From positions 1 to 37,089 of the forward strand of contig JBCCQY010000087.1 of assembly GCA_039208735.1 (NCBI GenBank): a DNA stretch of 37,089 bases, written 5' to 3'. Origin of the DNA: Myxococcota bacterium (GTDB lineage Bacteria; Myxococcota_A; UBA796; GCA-2862545). The notes beneath the pieces were generated by a model that ran no database searches, was not told the origin of the DNA, and saw only the letters and a list, made by a program, of their open reading frames with translations. This document shows, one piece after another, positions 1-7,935 of this stretch. The position numbers were made by a program, and so were the translations under genes. Positions within the stretch are counted from its first letter, which is position 1; each line of letters begins with the position of its first letter.

Positions 1-249
1 AGCGTTCACACCGTCCCTCGTGATCCTCCCCCCGAGAACCATGACGAGTCGTGTTGTACTTCGTGAACTGTCGACGCGATCACCACGAATCGTGAATTTT
101 CTGATTGTTTAGCTATTGAGCCTACTTTCTCGCACTACGAATGTTGTGACTATTCACGGTCAGTGTACGCCGTTGGCTGCGGAGACCGGCGTAACAAAGA
201 AAGTACCCTTCAAAGATGAAACCAATCATCGATCTAGGAGGGAAAGTGC

Positions 250-882
250 ATGGGAGAATTCGTGGACACTCCGGAGCGTCGTTTCATGAAGCAGGGAGCC
301 AGACAATCCATTCTCAGCCTCCGGAGCGCGGCAAGGGATGTTGGCGCGACGCTGATTGGCATTGTTGGCTTTTCTGGTGCGTGGCAAGACAACGCCCGAC
401 CCGAAGTAAAGTCAACGGTCGAGAGGGTCATCAACGGGCTATTCGATCGGGTCGCGGAACCAGAGCCGGTCTGGTGCGTCAGCGGAGCAACAGACTTCGG
501 CGTGCCTGCGGTGGCTTATGCCATCGCCAAGCAACGGGACCTTTATTGCGTCGGCGTCACTGCCGGAGAGGCGCAACAGTTTCCCCTCGCCGCGCTCGAC
601 CGATTGGTGGTGGTCGGCGATCGCTTTGGAGACGAGTCACGGGTCTTCGTCGACGTTTGTGACCGCTTTTGGATGATCGGTGGAGGATCGCAGGCCGAAA
701 CCGAAATGCGGATGGCGGCTCACCTCGGCAAGCCCATCACGGTCGTCCGAGGCGTCGGCGGGCGGGCCGACGTCTTGACGAAAAGGGATCTTCCAAACGC
801 CAGATTTATCTCCGCTGACGAGTCTCTTCAGAGCGATGGATCGAGCAACTCAAAGCGGTCGCACTCACGCAGGTGGAGCTGA
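250..882 (+). CDS. SLOG (Smf/DprA-LOG) superfamily protein, standalone
   Basis: Rossmannoid motifs IGIVGFSG, VSGATDFGVPAVAY, VGVT and GDESRVFVDVCDRFWMIGGGSQAETE (GGG..T.xE as in LOG/SLOG). AGGAGG RBS at 236-241. The 3' end overlaps the convergent FHA gene. Confidence 0.75.
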   Translation: MGEFVDTPERRFMKQGARQSILSLRSAARDVGATLIGIVGFSGAWQDNARPEVKSTVERVINGLFDRVAEPEPVWCVSGATDFGVPAVAYAIAKQRDLYCVGVTAGEAQQFPLAALDRLVVVGDRFGDESRVFVDVCDRFWMIGGGSQAETEMRMAAHLGKPITVVRGVGGRADVLTKRDLPNARFISADESLQSDGSSNSKRSHSRRWS

Positions 883-1733
883 ACGATGCCTTGGTCCGTC
901 TGGTAGAGATCCGGAGGCAAGTTGTAGGCCAGCAGTCGTCGTCGGACGCCGTTTTTTGTCCGATCCCATCGACGTTCATGGTTCTGGGTGGGCAACCAAA
1001 GCTTCATGGCAAGATCTCGCCAGTGCTTTGGGCCCACCTGCTCGACGACGGTCAACCTTCCCAATTCGCGGATGACGCGATGCGAAAGGCCCACGAGATG
1101 GATCGGCGTCCATCCGTCCACCTCGATGGTGGTCAGTTCCTCTTCACTCCGGATCACAAGCGGTGGAACATCGCCACCAAACTTCGTCCCCTCGGCGCCT
1201 GCTTCTTCAAGGGTGCGAAACTCGAGCCAAACCTCGTGCTCCCCTACCTCGATCCAGTCCTCCTCTTCCAACTCGCGAGCCGGTCGTCCCGGTTCCCGCA
1301 GGTACCACGTGTTGTGGGCCTCCCAGATGTGGATGCGGTCCGCCTGCAGGCCTCGCCGGAGCAGACCACCATTGGCAAGGTGCCACATGGGTTCGCCAAG
1401 CAGCACCGGAGGGGCATCATCAACTTGAAGGGTCGGCACCCGAGGGGGGCATTCGAGGTCCGTGACCCGAATCCACAGACCCGCGCCGAGTTCGCACATC
1501 AACCCTTTTTGGAGGTTCAAAGCGTCCGAGACGCGCTTGCCCCCGAACCACACCGGGCCTCGATAGGGCAACAGGCAAAGCTGACCCTTTCGAAGGTCGA
1601 TTCCCGCGTGGGCGACCGAGATGTGTGGGTCGCGCAACTGAAAGTCTGCGTTGGGTGCTCGACCGATCATCCCACCAACCTCCAGTTCCCCTTCCTCCTC
1701 CAACCACGACTCGAACTTCACCATCGGCCTCAT
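828..1733 (-). CDS. FHA-domain protein with probable C-terminal winged-helix DNA-binding domain
   Basis: FHA signature IGRAPNADFQLRDPHISVAHAGI (GR...SxxH). The C-terminal WRDLAMKLW...WDRTKNGVRRRL...YQTDQGIVQL resembles an OmpR-like wHTH. Start set at ATG 1733, which has a GAGGAGG RBS just upstream. Confidence 0.8.
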   Translation of the reverse strand: MRPMVKFESWLEEEGELEVGGMIGRAPNADFQLRDPHISVAHAGIDLRKGQLCLLPYRGPVWFGGKRVSDALNLQKGLMCELGAGLWIRVTDLECPPRVPTLQVDDAPPVLLGEPMWHLANGGLLRRGLQADRIHIWEAHNTWYLREPGRPARELEEEDWIEVGEHEVWLEFRTLEEAGAEGTKFGGDVPPLVIRSEEELTTIEVDGWTPIHLVGLSHRVIRELGRLTVVEQVGPKHWRDLAMKLWLPTQNHERRWDRTKNGVRRRLLAYNLPPDLYQTDQGIVQLHLRECDRFELLDPSL

Positions 1734-1829
1734 TCGGGACCTCCTCGGTTGTTCCGAACCCAACATCACACCAGATGAATGCAGTGGGTCCCCCCTCCTC
1801 CCCCCCCTATGAACGATGGAATCTCCACA

Positions 1830-1874
1830 ATCACACCACCTTCACGCCGTGTGAATCCCGTGAATTGACTTCAC
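1830..1874. promoter_or_regulatory. Array of TTCAC/GTGAA half-sites in the divergent FHA/kinase promoter region
   Basis: ATCAC 1830, TTCAC 1841, GTGAA 1851, GTGAA 1860, TTCAC 1870; includes the inverted repeat TTCAC-N5-GTGAA at 1841-1855. Confidence 0.4.
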
Positions 1875-1950
1875 CGAGCTTCGTGCCAGGTTCTTTGTCC
1901 CTTCAGCCTGCTCGCCCCATGGCGTTGCTCAGGAATCCTCGGGAGGACCG

Positions 1951-4620
1951 TTGAACGACGAGAATCGTGCACGGCTGAGGCAGTTCGTCGAAGATAACCA
2001 CCTCGGTCGCTCGACGGAGACCATCGACGCTCACGTGGCAGCGCTGGAGGTACTCTTCGACGACGAAGACCTCGACCCTGCAAACGCCATCACGAGCTAC
2101 CTGCGAGGTCAACAACTCCCAGATTCGCTCGCCGACGGTCTCCTCCAACTCTATCGAGAGTTTCGTGCGAAGTCGCCCATCGGGGCGCGGTACCGAATGC
2201 TCGCACCGCTTACCTCGGGGGGCATGGGTGTCATTCGCATCGTCTTTGACGAGCGGTTTCGGCAACGGGCGGCCATGAAGGTGCTGCGTCGAGACCGGAT
2301 GGAGCAGCGACGAAGGTTTGAGCGTGAGATCAGCATTCTCGCGGAGTTGCAGCACCCCAACATCCTACCCATCCATGACTGTGGACGGATGGATGATGGG
2401 CGTCCCTGGTGCACGATGCCCCTGGTCGAAGGGGTGGACTTCGGACAGGCGGTCCAGCAAGCCCATGCCCAGCTTCGGGCGGGCACTCCACGCTGGGAGC
2501 CGGGTGCGGAGGGCTGGCCGCTCATTCGACCACTGCTTCGGGGCTTCCTTGGGGTTTGTGAGGCAATCGCGGCCGCTCACCGGCGCGGCATCCTGCATCG
2601 GGACATCTCGCCCCACAACGTTCATGTGGGTCCGCACAACCAGCACTATGTGCTCGACTGGGGCTTGGCCCGGCGGGCGGGCGATGGGTCCGCCGACACG
2701 ACGGCAGAAGGCATCTCCAACCACGCTCCCGTAGACCGCACCGTTGGCTTTATCGGAAGCCCCCGCTACATCGCCCCGGAACTCGCCTATGAGCAGCATG
2801 ATCAGGTCGATGAGCGTACCGATGTGTACGCCCTGGGTGCGCTGCTGTACCTGCTGTTGTCGAACCGCCCTCCATACGAGGGAACCGACTGGAGAACCAT
2901 TGTTCAACTCGTGAGATTTGGGCCCCCACCACCGCCAGGCATGATGTCGGTACCTGCCACGATGGGACGTCCGAGCCCCACCGGATCGGGCACCGGCTCC
3001 CGCCACGCGGCCCCCCCTCGGGAACTGGTCGAGATCTGCGAAAAGGCGATGCACCGGGAGTCATCCGAGCGCTACGAGTCAGCCAACGACCTCGCAGAGG
3101 CCTTGCAGAACTGGCTTGACGGGGCCACCGTTCGCCAGGAAGCCCTACGGATGGTCGAAGCCGCGCTCGACAATCTCCAGGCCATGAAGGCCACCCGGAC
3201 GCATGCGGCGACACTCCGACAGGCGAGCCAGACCGCACTCGAGGGCATCCAAGCCTGGGCGGACGACACCGAGCGCCACCGGGGTTGGGAACTCGAGGAT
3301 GAAGCCCAGGAAGCCGAGCAACGTGTGCTCGAGACGCTGCTCGAGGTGCGTCGTGAGTTGCATGCCGCCCTGCGCCTCGTGCCGTCGCTCGAGCGTGCTC
3401 ATGAAGCCCTCCTCGCCTCGTACACCGAGGAACACCGCAACGCGGAGGCCCAACGGGATTGGAAGACCGTGTTCCGGACCGAATCGAGCATCCGGCTTCA
3501 CGTTGAACAACTCCCGGTGGACAACGTGGCACGGCGAGATGCAGAGGCGTACCTCGATGGTCAAGGTACCGTGACGCTGCAGACCCATCCGCCGGGCGCG
3601 AAGGTGGAGGTGTGGCGGTATGAAGAGCAAAACCGACGGCTCGTACTCGTTCGGGAACCCGACCTCGATACCACCACGCCGCTCGTGGAACAGCCGTTTC
3701 CAATGGGCAGCTACCGACTGACCCTGAAACACCCCGATCGGGCCGAAGTTCTCTACCCCATCGAAATCTCGCGTCAGCAGTCGTGGGAAGCGAAGGAGGC
3801 CATCTGGCTTCCTCCGAAGGACTACCTCTCGGATGATGAGGTCTACGTGGCGGCGGGGTGGTACTATGTCGGCGGGGACGCCTCCGAGGCCTACGACAAC
3901 CACCCCCTGGCGCGCGTATGGCTTAGCGGGTTCGTGATGCAACGGGTTCCCGTCACCAACGAGGAGTACCTCGCGTTCCTCGATGCGTGCGACGACGATG
4001 CCCGCGAGCGGTATGTGCCCCGCCCGCGGTCCCAGCCCGAAGGACCCCTTGAGGAGCCGCTCTTCGACAAAGTGGGGGGCCGGTATGTCCTTCAGCATCA
4101 AGAGGTACCCATCCATGGTCGGCTACCGGTCACCAATGTCGATTGGCACTGCGCCATGGCCTACCTCAACTGGAAGGCGGAAGACCGAGGGCGGCCTTGG
4201 CGGCTCCCGGGCGACCTTGAGTGGGAGAAAGCAGCACGAGGAGCGGACGGGCGGATCTTTCCCTGGGGCAATCACCTCGAGGCATCGCGCTGCCGCCTCT
4301 TCAACTCCCAAGTCGAGCCGATGAACCCGGTTCCCGTCGACGAGGCACAATTCCAGGCCTCGGATGAAAGCCCCTACGGCGTTTGCGGACTCGCGGGGAA
4401 CGTCCGAGATTGGTGCTATGACGCGAGGCGCTCTCAGCCCTCGAACCCACCCCAGCCCGCACCGGAAGGGGGAAAGGCCATCGTTCGAGGCGGCAGCTGG
4501 CGTTTCGGCGGTAGCTCCGCACGGGCGACCAGCCGTTCCGAAGAGCCACTATTCGAACGCTTCGACTATTTGGGCTTCCGCGGCGTCTATCCGATTCCTT
4601 GGGACCCGACTCCATCGTAG
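1951..4620 (+). CDS. Ser/Thr protein kinase fused to PEGA-like and FGE-sulfatase (SUMF1/EgtB/PvdO-like) domains
   Basis: Kinase motifs SGGMGVI, AAMK, HPNILPIHD, HRDISPHN, DWG, GSPRYIAPE, DVYALG. PEGA-like TLQTHPPGAKV. FGE-like PVTNEEY, PVTNVDW, WRLPGDLEWEKAARG, FPWG, GLAGNVRDW, RGGSW, GFR. TTG start with GGAGG RBS. Confidence 0.92.
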   Translation: MNDENRARLRQFVEDNHLGRSTETIDAHVAALEVLFDDEDLDPANAITSYLRGQQLPDSLADGLLQLYREFRAKSPIGARYRMLAPLTSGGMGVIRIVFDERFRQRAAMKVLRRDRMEQRRRFEREISILAELQHPNILPIHDCGRMDDGRPWCTMPLVEGVDFGQAVQQAHAQLRAGTPRWEPGAEGWPLIRPLLRGFLGVCEAIAAAHRRGILHRDISPHNVHVGPHNQHYVLDWGLARRAGDGSADTTAEGISNHAPVDRTVGFIGSPRYIAPELAYEQHDQVDERTDVYALGALLYLLLSNRPPYEGTDWRTIVQLVRFGPPPPPGMMSVPATMGRPSPTGSGTGSRHAAPPRELVEICEKAMHRESSERYESANDLAEALQNWLDGATVRQEALRMVEAALDNLQAMKATRTHAATLRQASQTALEGIQAWADDTERHRGWELEDEAQEAEQRVLETLLEVRRELHAALRLVPSLERAHEALLASYTEEHRNAEAQRDWKTVFRTESSIRLHVEQLPVDNVARRDAEAYLDGQGTVTLQTHPPGAKVEVWRYEEQNRRLVLVREPDLDTTTPLVEQPFPMGSYRLTLKHPDRAEVLYPIEISRQQSWEAKEAIWLPPKDYLSDDEVYVAAGWYYVGGDASEAYDNHPLARVWLSGFVMQRVPVTNEEYLAFLDACDDDARERYVPRPRSQPEGPLEEPLFDKVGGRYVLQHQEVPIHGRLPVTNVDWHCAMAYLNWKAEDRGRPWRLPGDLEWEKAARGADGRIFPWGNHLEASRCRLFNSQVEPMNPVPVDEAQFQASDESPYGVCGLAGNVRDWCYDARRSQPSNPPQPAPEGGKAIVRGGSWRFGGSSARATSRSEEPLFERFDYLGFRGVYPIPWDPTPS

Positions 4621-4626
4621 TCGTCG

Positions 4627-5379
4627 TCAGAACACCTTCGCGACATCCAAGCCACACAATAGCGTTGTCGCCTGCTCTTGGGTAAGGTCCATCGCCTCGA
4701 GCTGCTCATCGGTTGCAGAAAGCTCGCACGAGGCGGGCTCTGCCTGGATGGTCAGCGTCCCGGCGTCCTCCAGGGCCTCCTCTTCGAACCGATAGAATCG
4801 AACCACCCATTCGGCGGCACTCGAACGGGCCGGAACTGCGAGCAATCCCTGCTTCGTGGTTTCCACCGAGGTACCTGATACTTCACCCACCCGTCGGAAT
4901 CCCTCGGGTGTGCCTCGCCAGATTGCGGAGGTGAGATTCACCATTCCCGACGAGAGCGGCACGATGAGGTCGAGGTCCGCATCGCCGTTGAGATCCTGCA
5001 GGCGCGGAGGAACGATGGGGACCACGATCGTCTCTCGAAGTCGTTGAGGTGGGGCTTTGGCGACCACGATCTCGATGAGAATCGACGACACCTTCCCCTC
5101 GGTCAGGTGCTGAACGGCGACGGACTGGATGGCATCGGCCTCGGTAATCCGGCAAGGCTCTGCAATCTCGCCAGGTCCGGGCTCGCACTTCGGCAGTTCG
5201 CGAGTGCGGGCGAGAGCCGGATCCTTTGAGAGTTCCGCCGACGGATCGACTTCTGGCTCGGGCTCCGGAACCTCCACGACGGTGGGCGGCGGCTCGGCCG
5301 GAGGAGCGGCCGAACCGCCGCACCCCAAGGTCATTCCTCCCATGAAGGTTACGCAAAGTCCGATGCGGATCTGATCCAT
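4627..5379 (-). CDS. Putative lipoprotein with Pro/Glu-rich tether and an FG-GAP/VCBS-like DxNGD motif
   Basis: Lipobox-like MTLG-C after a hydrophobic stretch from ATG 5379; linker PPAEPPPTVVEVPEPEPE; LQDLNGDADLDLIV. Confidence 0.7.
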   Translation of the reverse strand: MDQIRIGLCVTFMGGMTLGCGGSAAPPAEPPPTVVEVPEPEPEVDPSAELSKDPALARTRELPKCEPGPGEIAEPCRITEADAIQSVAVQHLTEGKVSSILIEIVVAKAPPQRLRETIVVPIVPPRLQDLNGDADLDLIVPLSSGMVNLTSAIWRGTPEGFRRVGEVSGTSVETTKQGLLAVPARSSAAEWVVRFYRFEEEALEDAGTLTIQAEPASCELSATDEQLEAMDLTQEQATTLLCGLDVAKVF

Positions 5380-5476
5380 AGGTGTTCCCACGCGCTCTCC
5401 CTGCGAAGCTTCGCCAAGATACCTCAACCACAACCCCGGCGACCCAACGAGCGTTTTGTTCACACCGGACACGGTC

Positions 5477-7108
5477 TCACGTCGACATTGGGGCAAGCGC
5501 GTCGAGAATTCGCTCGAACAGATCGTCAAATCGCAGCGTCGGTTCCCCCCTCGGACCCGGATCCAAGCCGGGTTGGAATCCCTCGGCAAGGAAGGGGTCG
5601 AGCCACGCCGGATCGCTGGCGAGGACGTGGATAACGCTGTAAGGCGGATGTCCCTCAGCCAGGAATGGTGGCTGATGGTCACCAAGCCACAACATCAACG
5701 TGGGCCGAGTGGGCGGGGCCAATCGCGTCGCTAGAACCTCGAGGTCGTAGCCGACGACGGCCTGGTACGCAGCGTAAGTAGCGCCATATTTGTCTTCGAC
5801 GTCGGCCAACTCCGAGCGATAGCGAGCGAAGGTCATCCATAGGGCGGGAACGGGCTTACGGTTCCAGTGACCGCGGTACCCCTCCATCGTTTGCCATTCC
5901 TGCGCATCGTCGAGAATCGGCGGGGACTCACGAAAGGGATGATGCGAGGTCGCGAGGTGAAAGAACGCGAAGAGCGGATCCTCGATGGGAGCGACAAACC
6001 TGCGTTCGGCAACCTCGATGGTGTACTGGTCGGGGATGAATCCCCAGCCGACCTTTGGGCCTTGGTAGTCGAGGTCATCATGGAATACCGTCGTCTCGAA
6101 GCCAAAGTGGTTGACGAGTCGCACTCCAGGGCGAACCCGATCCTTCGGTCGTACAAGCACCGTGGCGTAGCCACGGTCCGCGAAGAATCGAGTCAACGAG
6201 GGAATGCTGCGGCCGCGTCTCGCCACGTGGTCGAAGGTGGCCTGTCGATCGACATGGATGCCGGTCAGCAAGGTGGCATCGGCCATCCAGGAACGGCCTC
6301 CATGGGTGGGCGAAATCCCTCGGCCTGACGCGATGGTCCAACCAGCAGCCCGCAGAGGCCCCTCCAGCTTGGCCAAGGTGGCGCGATGGGTTGGCGCAAT
6401 GGCGCCCTCGAAGAGCACGTCGCCATAGCTCTCAATCACGTACACCCGAACGTCAGGCGTTGTGGTCAGCTCGCGCGCCACCAGGTCGGTACGCGAAACC
6501 ACCCGTTCCTCAATGTGATCGTGGAGTGCGATGCTTTCCGCTAGATTCGAGACGATGGTGGGACTCCAGGGCCCGTGCAGGGCGGATCCGACCGTCGCAC
6601 CGATCAACGCCACGGTCACGACGGTGCCGCGATGCTGGGACGCTTGCGTCAGGTGCCCAATGGCGACCGACGCAAACCACAGAAGAGCAATGGCCGCAAT
6701 GGAGCCAAGTACAACCACCGCAACGGGGGCGACCGGACCAGCAAGATCGGCAATGAACACGGCAACCGGCTGAACGAGTAGCATCAAATCGTACAGGGGA
6801 AGCAGCTCATCGGTTGCAATGACGGAGGCAGCCCACGCGACGCCGAAGAGACCAAAACCGCCCCAAGCCGCCACGACAACCCCGCGCACCAGGGAATGCT
6901 GGGCCAGGTCGGGTCGTACGCTCGCCAGTCCGAGCAGCCCGAGCAGCAACCATCCGACTTCGGGAACGCCCATGAGGGCGACCATGGGCTTGCGAGGCAA
7001 GAGGAGGGTCGCGGGAAGCCAAATCAGGCTCGCGGTGAGCCCGGCGAGGAACACGGGATGCGCTCGCCACGGGGTCCGTCTGACTTGAGCCGTCGAGGGA
7101 TTGGCCAA
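5477..7108 (-). CDS. Membrane-anchored sulfatase-like / alkaline-phosphatase-superfamily hydrolase or transferase
   Basis: About five N-terminal hydrophobic helices; metal-site motifs YVIESYG, SPTHGGRSW, TSHHPF and GDHQP. TTG start with AGGAG RBS. Confidence 0.78.
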   Translation of the reverse strand: MANPSTAQVRRTPWRAHPVFLAGLTASLIWLPATLLLPRKPMVALMGVPEVGWLLLGLLGLASVRPDLAQHSLVRGVVVAAWGGFGLFGVAWAASVIATDELLPLYDLMLLVQPVAVFIADLAGPVAPVAVVVLGSIAAIALLWFASVAIGHLTQASQHRGTVVTVALIGATVGSALHGPWSPTIVSNLAESIALHDHIEERVVSRTDLVARELTTTPDVRVYVIESYGDVLFEGAIAPTHRATLAKLEGPLRAAGWTIASGRGISPTHGGRSWMADATLLTGIHVDRQATFDHVARRGRSIPSLTRFFADRGYATVLVRPKDRVRPGVRLVNHFGFETTVFHDDLDYQGPKVGWGFIPDQYTIEVAERRFVAPIEDPLFAFFHLATSHHPFRESPPILDDAQEWQTMEGYRGHWNRKPVPALWMTFARYRSELADVEDKYGATYAAYQAVVGYDLEVLATRLAPPTRPTLMLWLGDHQPPFLAEGHPPYSVIHVLASDPAWLDPFLAEGFQPGLDPGPRGEPTLRFDDLFERILDALAPMST

Positions 7109-7194
7109 TGCACACTCCTGCCGAAGGTCAGGGCGTACCGATTACCGCCTCCAACAGCAACGTCGTGGGTTCGGGAAGGGCGGCGCCCCTCGCC

Positions 7195-7935
7195 CTACCA
7201 CTTGTTGCTTTTCTTGCGGTTGGCCTCACGACTTCGTAGGCGAGCATTGTGGTAATGGTTGGTTCCGCCTTTCGACTTGGGCTTTACGTGGTCGACTTGG
7301 GCTTCGTTCTTCGGTGGGGTCTTTCCGCGTCGATGACGTCGGCCCCGTACGAGGACCTGCCCACTCTCGTCATCGCGAAGCACTCCCCCGTTCAACTGTC
7401 GATTGACCTGTCGGATGCGCGCCTTTTGGGCTTGGGTGAACGCCCGATTCTTGCCCTTCTTCGTTCGATCAATGATATCCGAGTAGGAGCTCTTCCAAGC
7501 TCGCTGGTTGTAGGTGATCCAATGGCCCTTCGAGCCCAGGGCTTTGATTTTGGCGCGAGACGTCGTGAGCGTCTTCTTGGACGCTTTGCGTGAGGACAGG
7601 ATCGCGCCGTTCGACTTAAGCACGGCGTGGTTGGCGCGACGCAGCGCTGCACGAGACACCGTTCTGTGGATGACCCGTGGGCTCACCCGAGGTTTTGAGG
7701 GGCTCGCGACCGTCTTGCTGGGCTTCCAGCTCTGGGGGCGTGCAGTGGCCGAGACCGAGATCGACCGAGAAGGGGCCTTCGTGGTCGCCCGAACGGTAGC
7801 GCCGGTACCACCTGCGCCACGCGTCATGGTGCTGCGAATGGTCTTACCTGCCTTTCCGTAGGGGGTCCCTGCGTGGGCATTTCCTATAAACAGGAGTCCC
7901 ATCAACAAAAAGCTCGAGGCAATGAAGCGTCCCAT
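7195..7935 (-). CDS. Exported, very basic protein with C-terminal HNH endonuclease (polymorphic-toxin-type) domain
   Basis: Sec signal MGRFIASSFLLMGLLFIGNAHA|G; K/R/S/T-rich linker; C-terminal FTQAQKARI...NGGVLRDDESG...NEAQVDHVKPKSKGGTNHYHNARLRSREANRKKS (DH...N...N). Confidence 0.85.
   Translation of the reverse strand: MGRFIASSFLLMGLLFIGNAHAGTPYGKAGKTIRSTMTRGAGGTGATVRATTKAPSRSISVSATARPQSWKPSKTVASPSKPRVSPRVIHRTVSRAALRRANHAVLKSNGAILSSRKASKKTLTTSRAKIKALGSKGHWITYNQRAWKSSYSDIIDRTKKGKNRAFTQAQKARIRQVNRQLNGGVLRDDESGQVLVRGRRHRRGKTPPKNEAQVDHVKPKSKGGTNHYHNARLRSREANRKKSNKW

Noticed and set aside
2590..2665. Kinase HRDISPHN and DWG deviations as signs of a pseudokinase
   Set aside because: The catalytic Lys, Asp, Asn and Mg-binding Asp are all retained; these variants are common in bacterial Ser/Thr kinases.
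3800..7108. FGE domain acting as maturase for the nearby sulfatase-like protein
   Set aside because: The FGE-like domain lacks the catalytic cysteines around RGGSW, and the sulfatase-like protein has no C/SxPxR motif.
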